From Bacteroidota bacterium (GTDB lineage: Bacteria > Bacteroidota > Ignavibacteria > Kryptoniales > JAKASW01): a stretch of 64,000 bases of DNA. Positions 9,264-19,051 of this stretch are shown here, piece by piece. The DNA is taken from positions 919 to 64,918 of the forward strand of contig JAJZVO010000019.1 in the NCBI GenBank assembly GCA_021845665.1, read 5' to 3'. How positions within the stretch are numbered: position 1 is the first letter of the stretch; each line of letters begins with the position of its first letter. The notes below the pieces were generated by a model. That model was given only the letters and a program-made list of their open reading frames with translations. It was not told the DNA's origin and made no database searches. Both the position numbers and the translations under genes were made by a program.

Positions 9264-10273
9264 GAAATATGGTCCATCGCAAAATGCGGGATTCTCACCT
9301 GAGCCATATCGTGGTATCCGGGGGGAGACTCGAGGAAGTCGCCGATCTGGTTTAGTATCATTCCGACAGAAGCGACATCTCCCATAATACCATTGTTGAT
9401 GACGACGTTGACGGGAGGCTCTCCTTCGACGAAGACAGCATCGTATTCGATCGAGGCGTCGACCCGCATCGTCAGCTTGAAGTTGACGACTTCCCGCCCC
9501 CCTTTTTCCACGACGACCTCATGTCTCACGCCGACGACATGGTTTCTCGCGACGAACAGATCGTCGCCGTTGTAATCATGATCGGCCAGGACAGGTTGCA
9601 GTGTCGAATGTATGTCGTCGTAATTGATACCGAGGTAGTGAGCGACAAACTCCGCAGAATCTGTGAGCCCAATCGGCCCGAAGCGACCTGATCCAGCTCT
9701 CTCGAGAAATTCCTGCGATGCCAACCCGACTCCGAGCTTCCTTTGCAGGGCTAATCTGCGGCGGCTGAGGTTGACCATTCTTTCAGCCCTGATGCCGGAC
9801 ACTGAAATGCACGGAGCGGTGAGCATCAAGACAAGGCTGTCCATCACGAAGCCTGGATTGATGCCCGTGGCAAGGAGCCTCACCCTCTTTCGCTTTGCGA
9901 GCGCGTCGAGTCTTTTGAAAAGCGCGGGATCACGCCTCCGAAGAAAGAAGAGTTCCTCTGCAGTGGTCATCACGTTGTAACCGAGCTCCATCAAGCGAGC
10001 CACCTGTTCGCCGGCCTCCGGCAGGAAGGACCCTGCCGCATGAATGACGACATCGGCTTTCCTGCGTCTGAGGGAGGAAATCGATTCGGCTACCTGAAGA
10101 TCATAAACCTCTTTTGGTTCCACAAGCTCACCGATATCGACATTTGCCTTCTCAGGCGAATTATCGACACATCCGATCAGTTCGAATCGGTCGCCGTTTT
10201 TGAGAAGAGCCCTTGCGATATTCGTTCCTATCTCGCCGAGACCGAATTGTATGACTTTAATTTTCCTTTTCAT
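9260..10273 (-). CDS. DapB-like NAD(P)H-dependent oxidoreductase (2,4-diaminopentanoate dehydrogenase / native amine dehydrogenase family)
   Basis: Rossmann QFGLGEIG, TTAEEL, TGINPGFVMD signature. Confidence 0.75.
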   Translation of the reverse strand: MKRKIKVIQFGLGEIGTNIARALLKNGDRFELIGCVDNSPEKANVDIGELVEPKEVYDLQVAESISSLRRRKADVVIHAAGSFLPEAGEQVARLMELGYNVMTTAEELFFLRRRDPALFKRLDALAKRKRVRLLATGINPGFVMDSLVLMLTAPCISVSGIRAERMVNLSRRRLALQRKLGVGLASQEFLERAGSGRFGPIGLTDSAEFVAHYLGINYDDIHSTLQPVLADHDYNGDDLFVARNHVVGVRHEVVVEKGGREVVNFKLTMRVDASIEYDAVFVEGEPPVNVVINNGIMGDVASVGMILNQIGDFLESPPGYHDMAQVRIPHFAMDHIS

Positions 10274-10979
10274 CCGTCTTCGTTCTGGTTTGAATCTCAT
10301 GCACGAACATTTGGGTAATCACGGTAGGCCTGGTAATAGCAGCGCCGACGACGACCGAATAGGCACCGAGTTCGAGCGCGTGGGCAGCTTCTGCGGGAAG
10401 AAGAATTCTCCCCTCGGCAATTACCGGTACCACGAGAGATTCCGAGAGCCTTTCGATTAAATCAAAGTCTACGCCTTCCCTCGCTTTCGAGAAGGTTGCC
10501 GGCGTGTAGCCAGAGAGAGTTGTCGAGACGAGATCCGCTCCCAATTCGGCTGCCTGGACGCCCTCCTCAAATGTGGATACGTCTGCAAGGAGGAGCGTGC
10601 CGGGATGATCGGTCCTCACGCGCTTAAGAAACTCGAAGCCGGTCAAACCGTTTGGCCGGACTCTCTCCGTCACATCCAGCGCAATGATATCGGCTCCCGC
10701 TTCTATAACGTCGTTCACGTCCTTGAAGTCGCGAGTAATGAGAACGGATCCGTCGTCGTAACCTGATTGTATCAAACCGATGACCGGGATTTGTACTCTT
10801 CCCTTTGTCGCCGTGATGTTATCTTTGCCTTCCGTCCTGATCCCGGCTGCTCCGCCAAGCTGAGCCGACAAGGCGAAAATCGAGATATACTCCGGACTAT
10901 TAAACGGATCCGTCTCATCGAACTGGCACGAGACAATCAGACCTTTCTTGACATTTGCTATAGAGTTAAGATATTCCAT
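10257..10979 (-). CDS. nanE: N-acetylmannosamine-6-phosphate 2-epimerase homolog (catalytic Lys appears replaced)
   Basis: GLIVSCQ, GAAGIR, IALDVTERVRPNG, STTLSGYT, AEGRI, VGAAITRP. Confidence 0.85.
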   Translation of the reverse strand: MEYLNSIANVKKGLIVSCQFDETDPFNSPEYISIFALSAQLGGAAGIRTEGKDNITATKGRVQIPVIGLIQSGYDDGSVLITRDFKDVNDVIEAGADIIALDVTERVRPNGLTGFEFLKRVRTDHPGTLLLADVSTFEEGVQAAELGADLVSTTLSGYTPATFSKAREGVDFDLIERLSESLVVPVIAEGRILLPAEAAHALELGAYSVVVGAAITRPTVITQMFVHEIQTRTKTDEKEN

Positions 10980-11019
10980 TTCACCTTTCAATTAGTGTTG
11001 TCTCAATAACGTAATAAAT

Positions 11020-11730
11020 TCACTTGCCCAACATGATTCGCTTTGCAATCTCCAATGCAACTGCAAACACGCCCGACAGGAGCACAACAAAGCTGATGAG
11101 GAGAACACGTGTTCCGAAGACGACCTTCGCGAGGCGCTGCAAAAGGTAGAAAACGCCGACGACGAAGACAATGTCGAGGAATGCGAGGAAATAAAACGAG
11201 ACAGGGTTGATCACCTGTGGAGACGGGTTATTCGAGAAAAGGAAACTGCCGAACACCGCAACCTGCATTGGGACCAGCAGAACTGCCGCGAGTGCAAAGG
11301 GGTGGAGAGCGTAGATGACACTTGACAAAAAACCTTTCAAGGAAGCGCCCGACCGCCAGACTCTCAAAGTCACGAAGCTTACGCCGCCAAAGGCATACAC
11401 CGCAGGAAGGAAAACAACAAGGCCGAGAATGGAGCCGGCGATAAGGAGGCGCCCAAACTGAATCGAGTAGATATCGGCCGCTTTGACCAGGTAGAGGGTC
11501 AGGAAGCTCAGGCCGATACCTTCGAGAGCCGCAAGCACGAGAGAGTAGTTGCGATGAGAGGCGAGAATGATCTTCCTAAGCGTCTGGTCAGGGTATCGCC
11601 AGATATTGAATATGGTAGTGAATAGGTCGAGGGCCTTCACGCTATCCTGGAGAATACTCCCGCACGACGAACAGCGGACTGCCAAATTCAAATTGTCGGT
11701 ATCACACACCTGGCATTTAGTCAAAGTCAA
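11020..11730 (-). CDS. Zinc-ribbon plus Yip1-like membrane protein
   Basis: CQVC...CSSC double CxxC followed by ~5 TM helices; TTG start. Confidence 0.65.
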   Translation of the reverse strand: MTLTKCQVCDTDNLNLAVRCSSCGSILQDSVKALDLFTTIFNIWRYPDQTLRKIILASHRNYSLVLAALEGIGLSFLTLYLVKAADIYSIQFGRLLIAGSILGLVVFLPAVYAFGGVSFVTLRVWRSGASLKGFLSSVIYALHPFALAAVLLVPMQVAVFGSFLFSNNPSPQVINPVSFYFLAFLDIVFVVGVFYLLQRLAKVVFGTRVLLISFVVLLSGVFAVALEIAKRIMLGK

Positions 11731-11772
11731 AAGACTCCTCGCAAAAGTGGTTGTGCGCGTCGGCGGTAAGTT

Positions 11773-13161
11773 TCAATGTCTGCCTCCGATCGGCACGGGT
11801 TCAAAATGAGCGGTGAAGTGTCTCAGATAGGCCGGTTCATAAGTTATTTTGTATCCCGGGATGGAATCTCTTTTCCTGAATACTTCGATGACAACTTCGG
11901 CAGCATAATCGATGTGGCTCTGCGTATAGACTCTCCTGGGTATCGCAAGCCGCACGAGTTCGAGCTTCGCACCGACGAACTTCCCGTCCACTTCTTTGCC
12001 GAACATTACTGATCCTATCTCGACGCTTCTGATGCCGCCCTCGAGATAGAGCTCAACAGAAAGCGACTGTCCGGGAAACAGTTCAGGGGGAATTCCCGGC
12101 AGGAAGCGGCCTGCGTCGAGGAAAACGGCATGACCGCCGGTAGGAACCAGTACCGGCACGCCTGCTTTCTCGAGCTTGTCACCGAAATATTCTACGGACC
12201 TGATCCTGTATTTCAAATAGTCCTCATCGAGGACCTCCGAAAGGCCTTGCGCGATGGCGTCCAGGTCGCGGCCGGCGAGTCCTCCGTAAGTCGGGAATCC
12301 CTCTGTCATTATCAGGAGGCTTCTCGCTTTTTCCGCAAGAGAGGAATCATTCAATGCGAGGAACCCCCCGATGTTTACGAGTGCATCTTTCTTTGCACTC
12401 ATGGTACATCCGTCTGCATAGCTGAACATTTCGCGCGCGATGTCGCGTATGCTTTTGTCCCTATAGCCAGGTTCCCTGAGCTTGATGAAGAATGCATTCT
12501 CGGCGAACCGGCAGGCGTCGATAAAGAGCGGAATGCCGTATTTATTCAGAAGCGCTCTTGTTTCTCGAATATTCTTCATGCTTACCGGCTGGCCGCCCAC
12601 AGAATTATTGGTGACCGTCAGAAAGCAAAGAGGAATATTCCCGCGACCGATCTTAGTTATAAGTGCTTCGAGTTCGTCGAGATCGATGTTGCCTTTGAAG
12701 TCTGCCCGTTTTGCAGTCTCAACGGCGGCCGGAACGGGGAGATCGACCGCTTCGGCTCCGGTGAACTCGACGTTCGCCCTCGTAGTATCGAAGTGGGTGT
12801 TGTTCGGTATGACTTTCCCGGGCCCGCCGACAACGGTGAACAGTATCTTCTCTGCAGCTCTTCCCTGGTGAGTTGGTATTACGTGTTTAAACCCTGTAAG
12901 GTCTTTTATGACTTTTTCGAACTTGAAGAAGCTCCTCGATCCGGCATAAGACTCGTCACCGTCCATGATGGCAGCCCATTGCTTCGAGCTCATCGCGGCA
13001 GTCCCGGAATCTGTAAGCAAGTCGATGAGGACGTCATCGGCCCTTAGGAGGAAGAGGTTGAAGAACGCTTCTCTCATCGCCCGTTCCCTGTAATCCCGGG
13101 TCGTGAAGTTAATCGGCTCGACAGATTTGATCTTGAAGGGCTCTATTATCGTATTCACCAT
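11773..13161 (-). CDS. tnaA: Tryptophanase (PLP beta-eliminating lyase)
   Basis: IDLLTDSG, HQGRAAE, SAKKD PLP lysine; HFDTTR (Asp) and VEIGS (Ile) at positions where tyrosine phenol-lyase has Thr124 and Arg381. Confidence 0.85.
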   Translation of the reverse strand: MVNTIIEPFKIKSVEPINFTTRDYRERAMREAFFNLFLLRADDVLIDLLTDSGTAAMSSKQWAAIMDGDESYAGSRSFFKFEKVIKDLTGFKHVIPTHQGRAAEKILFTVVGGPGKVIPNNTHFDTTRANVEFTGAEAVDLPVPAAVETAKRADFKGNIDLDELEALITKIGRGNIPLCFLTVTNNSVGGQPVSMKNIRETRALLNKYGIPLFIDACRFAENAFFIKLREPGYRDKSIRDIAREMFSYADGCTMSAKKDALVNIGGFLALNDSSLAEKARSLLIMTEGFPTYGGLAGRDLDAIAQGLSEVLDEDYLKYRIRSVEYFGDKLEKAGVPVLVPTGGHAVFLDAGRFLPGIPPELFPGQSLSVELYLEGGIRSVEIGSVMFGKEVDGKFVGAKLELVRLAIPRRVYTQSHIDYAAEVVIEVFRKRDSIPGYKITYEPAYLRHFTAHFEPVPIGGRH

Positions 13162-13532
13162 CTCAGCACACTATATGAACTAATCGAATCCGGATAAACA
13201 TCGACCGCTACTGTGAAGTTCTCACGGCCAGTTGCCTTCAATTGAAGCAATTGCCCGCTTGCCGAGACCACTTCGTATCTTGCCACATCGTCCGAATCCG
13301 GTTCGCCTATACTCTTGAAAGTGAAGCCCGCGAATGAGCGATCACCGCCGGAGTAAGCCGCAGGTTTTCGATACCATCCTTGAGCAGTAGCTGCGGTGTG
13401 ATTCATCTCGTTGATTACTTCATTGATCTCGGTCTCCTGCTGTTGTGATTTGAAATACACGATAGCCAGAGAAATGGCAATGGCCACCATGATCGCGACG
13501 AGCACTATTAGAAGGACCTGCTGCGTACCCAT
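13155..13532 (-). CDS. MGTQQ-family small membrane/pilin-like protein, copy A
   Basis: MGTQQVLLIVL hydrophobic N-terminus, AQGWYRKP..GG; paralog at 28144-28581. Confidence 0.8.
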   Translation of the reverse strand: MGTQQVLLIVLVAIMVAIAISLAIVYFKSQQQETEINEVINEMNHTAATAQGWYRKPAAYSGGDRSFAGFTFKSIGEPDSDDVARYEVVSASGQLLQLKATGRENFTVAVDVYPDSISSYSVLRW

Positions 13533-13677
13533 ATCAGCCCCCTGTTAATAACACCCGAATTAACTGCGGCAACCGGAAATCGCTTCATGATGTCGTTCCG
13601 GACAGAGTTCATAACACTTTCACAGACGGGAACGGACATATGTTCCGCAGAAAGAACGATATACATACACACCGCTC

Positions 13678-14871
13678 CTATTTTGTTGCGATTTTCACCC
13701 TTTCCTCTATGACCTCTCTAAGTTCAGAAATTAGCATGTCGACATGCTCCTCCTGTATTATAAGCGGAGGCAAGAGACGAATGACATTACCGTTAGTGCA
13801 ATTCGCGAGGACGCCTTTAGACATAAGAGCGGATACAATTTCAGAACACTCCGTACGACACTCGACGCCGATCATCAGACCGAGCCCACGCACTTCGGAA
13901 ATGGAGTCAGGGAACTCTTTCTGAAGGTCGAGAAGTTTAAGTTTGAGATAGCCCCCCACTTTGGCGACATGGAGGTAAATTTTCTTATCGGTCAGTTCCA
14001 GGAGCGTCGCAAGGCCGGCCGCGCAAGCGACAGGATTGCCGCCAAACGTTGTGCCATGCATGCCATAACCGAGGACATCCTCGACGGGAGCATCCACGAG
14101 CACACCGCCGAGTGGAAGCCCTCCACCCAGCGGCTTCGCTACAGCGACAAGATCGGGGTGAACGCCATAATGTTCGAAAGAAAAGAGTTTTCCTGTCCGG
14201 TAAATTCCCGCCTGGATCTCGTCCGCGACGACAAGAAAGCCGTACTTTCGTTTCATTGCGAAGAGCTCTTCGACAAATTCATCCGACAGGACGTTAACTC
14301 CACCTTCACCCTGCACAAATTCAACGAACACTGCCGCCGTCGTCGCCGTCACTTTGGTCTTCAGGTCGGAGAGGTTGTTGAACTCCACATGATCGACGTT
14401 CGGAAGGAAAGGCCCGAACCCGTTCCTGTATTTGGGCCTATCGGTAAGCGATAGAGCCCCCATTGTTCTGCCGTGGAAAGAATTCGATAGTGCAATCAGG
14501 CCGGCCTTCTCTTGTGCGCTCCCCCATTTTCTTGAGATCTTTATCGCGGCCTCGATGGCTTCCGCCCCGGAGTTGGCGAGGAACAATTTCGAATATCCCG
14601 ATAAATTGCAGAGAGTTTCCGCAAGATCTATTTGCGAGTCAATGTAGAACAGGTTGGAGACATGCATGTATCGTTTGACCTGGTCCATGATTGCCGCATT
14701 GACGCGTGGATTATTGTAACCCAATGCGTTTACCGCGATGCCTCCGAAGAAATCGAGATATTTCCTGCCGTCCTTCGAGTAAATGTATACTCCGTCGGCG
14801 CGGTCCATTTCGATCGGCAAGCGTTTATAGGTGTGAAGGATGTATTTATTTTCTTTTTCTTTCATTTCCAT
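13678..14871 (-). CDS. argD: Acetylornithine aminotransferase (class III PLP)
   Basis: YLDFFGGIAVNALG, NSGAEAIEAAIK, FHGRT, EFVQGEGG, DEIQAG, AKPLGGG, HGTTFGGNP. Confidence 0.9.
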   Translation of the reverse strand: MEMKEKENKYILHTYKRLPIEMDRADGVYIYSKDGRKYLDFFGGIAVNALGYNNPRVNAAIMDQVKRYMHVSNLFYIDSQIDLAETLCNLSGYSKLFLANSGAEAIEAAIKISRKWGSAQEKAGLIALSNSFHGRTMGALSLTDRPKYRNGFGPFLPNVDHVEFNNLSDLKTKVTATTAAVFVEFVQGEGGVNVLSDEFVEELFAMKRKYGFLVVADEIQAGIYRTGKLFSFEHYGVHPDLVAVAKPLGGGLPLGGVLVDAPVEDVLGYGMHGTTFGGNPVACAAGLATLLELTDKKIYLHVAKVGGYLKLKLLDLQKEFPDSISEVRGLGLMIGVECRTECSEIVSALMSKGVLANCTNGNVIRLLPPLIIQEEHVDMLISELREVIEERVKIATK

Positions 14872-14883
14872 TTTCGTATTCCG

Positions 14884-16692
14884 TCATTTGTACATTGATT
14901 CGATCAAATCGGCGTATCTTTCTTCCACGATTTTCCTCTTCACTTTGAGCGTCGGGGTCAGATCACCGCTCTCGATAGTGAAAGGAGTGGGGAGCATCTT
15001 GAAACGTCTCACCTGCTCATATTTTGCCAGGTCCTTCTGAAGCTCGTTTATATCCTTTCTCACGGCCTCGTTGACCTTTTCGTTTTCCAACAGGTCCTCT
15101 TTGCTCGAATATTGAATACGGTGTTCGCTGGCAAACGCTTCCAGGTTTTCAAAATCAGGGACAATAAGGGCGGTATTGAACCGGCGTTTGTCGCCAATTA
15201 AGATCATCTGATCTACAAACTTGCTTTGTTGAAGGAGGTTCTCAATCGGTTGAGGGGCGATATTCTTGCCTCCTGAATTCACAAAGAGATGCTTCTTACG
15301 GTCTGTAATTACCACAAAGCCGTCAGTATCGAAATGTCCTATGTCACCGGTGTGAAGCCAGCCATCTTTATCGATGGCCTCCTGAGTTGCAGCCTTGTTC
15401 TTGTAGTAGCCGGTCATGACGTGCGGCCCGCGGGTAAGGATCTCACCGTCCTCGGCAATTTTCACCTGTACGTTCCTCAGCGGCTTTCCGACTGTTCCAA
15501 ATTTATAATCATCCACTCGGTTGGCGGCTATCACGGGGGAGGCTTCGGTCATGCCGTAGCCTTCAACAATAAGGATGCCGACGGATTCAAAAAATTCTCC
15601 AAGCTCACGCGCCAGGGCTGCGCCCCCGCTGACGAAGAACTTAATTCTTCCTCCAGTTCGCTCCTTCAATTTCGAAAGGACGAGCTGATCGGCCAATGCA
15701 TACTGCGACCTAAGCAATGGACCGACGTCCCCGCGTTTCCTGGCCGCAACGTACTTGCGCCCGACCGAGAGTGCCCAGTAGAAGATTCCCTTCTTTGCAG
15801 CAGATCCTGAATCGACATTCTTCAGAATCAGCATGTGTATCCGTTCGAAAAGTCTCGGCACCGTAGTGACGATCGTAGGCTTAACCTCCAGCAGATTCTG
15901 CGCGACAGTCTCGATACTCTCTGCATACGACACGGTGGCTCCGGTACACAGTGCGGTATAGTACCCTGCCATCCTCTCGAAGCTGTGAGAGATCGGAAGA
16001 AACGAAAGGAGGGAATCCTCATCCGTTATCGGGATGTGGTCCAGAGCTCCTTTGATGTTAGCCACAAAATTGGCATGCGTCAGTATGACTCCCTTCGGTT
16101 CACCGGTTGTTCCGCTCGTGTAGATGATGGTCGCCACATCCGAAGGCCTGGCCCTGTTCAGCCATTCGGAAAACTGAGAAGGTTTCTTTTCGCGCGGGCT
16201 CATCCCGGATTGATAAACAGCTGACAACTCAAAGACGAATCCGTCGTCTGCCCCTTCCTTCCGATTCATGATAATCACGCGACGCAGCGAAGCGAGGTTA
16301 TCCTTCACGCGGAGGATCTTGTTCAGCTGATATGTATTGGAGACGAATACGGTTGACACGTCGGCGTGAGCGAGAATGTACTCGACCTGTTTGGCGGTAA
16401 GTGTGGGAAACAGCGGGACGTCAACGAGGCCGAGCGAGAGGCATGCCAAATCCGCGATCGGCCATTCCGGCCTGTTCTCAGAAATAATTGCCACCTTCTC
16501 ACCCTGTTTGATTCCCATGGCACGAAGGCCGTGGGCCAGAAGCTCGACTTTCCGGTAAAACTCGTCGTAAGTGATGCCGACATACTTGCCTTCGAGCTTA
16601 TACTTGTAGACGTACCTTCCGGTTCCCGCGTATTTTTTGCAGAGCCGGTCGAACATCTCGGTGAGAGTTTCAAATTCTACGGCAGCGCCCAT
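14884..16692 (-). CDS. Long-chain fatty acid-CoA ligase (AMP-dependent synthetase)
   Basis: YTSGTTGEPKG, EGYGMTE, WLHTGDIG, ITDRKK..GGKNIAPQPIE; ATG at 16692 with GGAGG SD. Confidence 0.92.
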   Translation of the reverse strand: MGAAVEFETLTEMFDRLCKKYAGTGRYVYKYKLEGKYVGITYDEFYRKVELLAHGLRAMGIKQGEKVAIISENRPEWPIADLACLSLGLVDVPLFPTLTAKQVEYILAHADVSTVFVSNTYQLNKILRVKDNLASLRRVIIMNRKEGADDGFVFELSAVYQSGMSPREKKPSQFSEWLNRARPSDVATIIYTSGTTGEPKGVILTHANFVANIKGALDHIPITDEDSLLSFLPISHSFERMAGYYTALCTGATVSYAESIETVAQNLLEVKPTIVTTVPRLFERIHMLILKNVDSGSAAKKGIFYWALSVGRKYVAARKRGDVGPLLRSQYALADQLVLSKLKERTGGRIKFFVSGGAALARELGEFFESVGILIVEGYGMTEASPVIAANRVDDYKFGTVGKPLRNVQVKIAEDGEILTRGPHVMTGYYKNKAATQEAIDKDGWLHTGDIGHFDTDGFVVITDRKKHLFVNSGGKNIAPQPIENLLQQSKFVDQMILIGDKRRFNTALIVPDFENLEAFASEHRIQYSSKEDLLENEKVNEAVRKDINELQKDLAKYEQVRRFKMLPTPFTIESGDLTPTLKVKRKIVEERYADLIESMYK

Positions 16693-16928
16693 CAAACCTC
16701 CCAATAACCTATCGCCACTCTTCGAAGCAGTTTGTCTATGAAAGTAAATTCCACTCTTACCATACGTTACCGGGTCAAATGGATATCACCCGGCAAGTCG
16801 AACCGTTTAACGGACATATTCATCAATGCCACCTGTTCACTGAAAATTAGCTCACGAAAAGGCCGAATACAAAATTTTCGGATTTCCACAAAGGAATCTC
16901 TTCGCGACAACTCCTCGCCAGGCTTGTT

Positions 16929-17156
16929 TCACTTCCTGACCCTTCTGCCTAAGTAGGCGCTCAGGAAGAAAGCTCCGGAGATTACAATCAAAAGGATTCC
17001 CCATACGACGTTTATATCCATGTGAAAAGATTTGTCATAAATATCTTTAGGGCCGAAGATTCCGTAAGCGAAAAGCACTATTCCATAAAAGCCGAGCAGG
17101 CTCCCGAGAGGTATCTTAAGATCGAAGAAGTGTCGGCGTTGTTCTGTGTTTTCCAT
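16929..17156 (-). CDS. Small two-TM protein following sodium:solute symporter
   Basis: FDLKIPLG..F.FYG and INVVWGILLIV hydrophobic segments; 22 nt after symporter stop. Confidence 0.75.
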   Translation of the reverse strand: MENTEQRRHFFDLKIPLGSLLGFYGIVLFAYGIFGPKDIYDKSFHMDINVVWGILLIVISGAFFLSAYLGRRVRK

Positions 17157-17178
17157 TTGATTTTCTCCAATGCCTTTT

Positions 17179-18804
17179 TTACCAGAAGATAATATTAAGT
17201 ACGATCATCACAGCGATAGACAGCCCGCCCCAGAACGCCGGCTTCTTAAAGAATCGCTCGTCCGAATGGACTTTAGGCGTGAGGCCATAGACAAGGCCGA
17301 CCAGTTCCTTTTCGTCCTTCCTGGCCGTGAAGAGAGAGATAATGATCGTCATGACGAAATCGACACACCAGGCCCACCAGGCCTGGTACAAGTTTGCGGC
17401 CATTTCGCTGGAGTAGTGGAGGATGTGAAACTGGTACAGCAGGTAGTGAGTCGCCGCGGCGAGGATTCCGAGAAGGAGTCCCCAGAAGCCCGCCCATGGA
17501 GTGGTCTTCTTCCAAAACATTCCCAGGAGAAAAGTGGCAAAGAGCGGCGCATTGAAGAACGTGAAAATAAGCTGCATGTAATCCATGAGATTAGGGAAGG
17601 ACCTTACGATATAAGCCGTTCCAATGCTGAACAATACTCCGAAAATGGTCGCGTACTTCCCCATCTTCAAGTAATGTTCGTCGGGCATATTTTTCTTGAT
17701 GTAGCTGCCGTATATGTCGTAGGTCCAGACGGTGTTGAACGCCGTAACATTGCCCGCCATGCCCGACATGAAGCTTGCGAGGAGCCCCGTGATGGCCAGG
17801 CCGAGTATCCCATTCGGAAGATAATGGGCAAACATAAGTATGAGGGCCGAGTTGTAATCCGGAGTCGGGCCACCGTGGACTACTTTGAACTGCGGAAGAA
17901 GAGCGACGGCGAGTAAACCGGGAATGACCACGATGATGGGAACGAGCATCTTAGGGAACGATGCAATCAGAGGAGTCCGGCGCGCGGCTGAAAGGTTCTC
18001 GGACGCCATTGCCCGCTGGACCACAAGGAAGTCTGTGGTCCAATACCCGAACGACAAAACGAACCCGAGGCCCAGGACCAATCCCAACCAGTCAACACCC
18101 ATCGGGTTTTTTGAGGCCGATCCCATTTGTCTCCACGCATGGAGAAAGTCCGGAGGAATCTTCGCCACGAGTCCCTGGAAACCGCCGACGGCGTGCAGAC
18201 CTATGTAGACGACCGGAAGGAGTCCAAGCCATATCAGAAAGAACTGTATGACTTCGTTGTAGATAGAAGAGGAGAGCCCTCCAAAGAAGACGTAAATCAA
18301 GACCACCAAGGCAGAAAGGAGTATACTGGAGGTCAGGGACCATCCGAGCATAAGCTCGAAGAGGAGTGCCATCGCGTACATGCTGATGCCGCTCATCAGG
18401 AGAGTCATAATGGCGAACGAAAGCGCGTTGAGGCCGCGGGTCGCTTCATTGTACCGGTGCTTGAGGTATTCAGGCACGCTCCTGACCCTTGTGCTGTAGT
18501 AAAAAGGCATCATGAACAGACCGAGGAAAATCATGGCGGGTATGGCACCGATCCAGTAAAAGTGGACGGTGAGTATTCCGTACTTGGCAGAATTCGCCAC
18601 CATGCCGATAACCTCGAGCGCACCCAGGTTCGCAGACAGGAAAGCGAGGCTTGTTATCCAGCTTGGAAGCGAGCGCCCGGAGAGAAAAAAGTCTTCGCTG
18701 GTTTTCATGTACTTCTTGAGCGAGTAGCCCACAATTATCGTGATGAGGACATATGCGCTCAAGATCATGTAATCCACAAAGTTCAGAGAGATTACCGGTT
18801 TCAC
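17179..18804 (-). CDS. Sodium:solute symporter (SSS/SLC5 family)
   Basis: DFFLSGRSLP, YWTTDFLVVQRAM, GLLASFMSG...AFNTVWTYDIY; ~13 TM. Confidence 0.93.
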   Translation of the reverse strand: MKPVISLNFVDYMILSAYVLITIIVGYSLKKYMKTSEDFFLSGRSLPSWITSLAFLSANLGALEVIGMVANSAKYGILTVHFYWIGAIPAMIFLGLFMMPFYYSTRVRSVPEYLKHRYNEATRGLNALSFAIMTLLMSGISMYAMALLFELMLGWSLTSSILLSALVVLIYVFFGGLSSSIYNEVIQFFLIWLGLLPVVYIGLHAVGGFQGLVAKIPPDFLHAWRQMGSASKNPMGVDWLGLVLGLGFVLSFGYWTTDFLVVQRAMASENLSAARRTPLIASFPKMLVPIIVVIPGLLAVALLPQFKVVHGGPTPDYNSALILMFAHYLPNGILGLAITGLLASFMSGMAGNVTAFNTVWTYDIYGSYIKKNMPDEHYLKMGKYATIFGVLFSIGTAYIVRSFPNLMDYMQLIFTFFNAPLFATFLLGMFWKKTTPWAGFWGLLLGILAAATHYLLYQFHILHYSSEMAANLYQAWWAWCVDFVMTIIISLFTARKDEKELVGLVYGLTPKVHSDERFFKKPAFWGGLSIAVMIVLNIIFW

Positions 18805-18933
18805 GTTACCTCCGTTGAGTTGATAATTTGGAAGACTCTATTTTGACCCGCCATCGAGTTCCGGTTCGGCGGACCACCGGGGTAGGCTCGAACTCCCGGA
18901 TCTTGCGCCCGTTACTGCTGTATATCAGGTGTA

Positions 18934-18961
18934 AATATAATACGCATGTGAAAAGCTTCAA
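18934..18961 (-). promoter_or_regulatory. Putative sigma70 promoter for SSS gene (TTGAAG-N16-TATATT)
   Basis: Read directly; ~120-nt leader to GTG start. Confidence 0.45.
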
Positions 18962-19016
18962 ACCTAGTCCAACTATCTCTACCCTGCGTAAGTCCAGCAA
19001 ACACGGACGAGTATCA

Positions 19017-19045
19017 TTGAGTACGCAGAGGCTTCGTGCTATATT
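19017..19045 (+). promoter_or_regulatory. Putative sigma70 promoter for lptFG (TTGAGT-N17-TGcTATATT), leaderless
   Basis: Extended -10 TGn present; GTG start 6 nt after -10. Confidence 0.6.
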
Positions 19046-19051
19046 GATTGA

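Noticed and set aside
18851-18897. Possibly structured 5' leader of the SSS transporter (riboswitch candidate)
   Set aside because: Only short stems; none of the riboswitch cores I know match; needs Infernal
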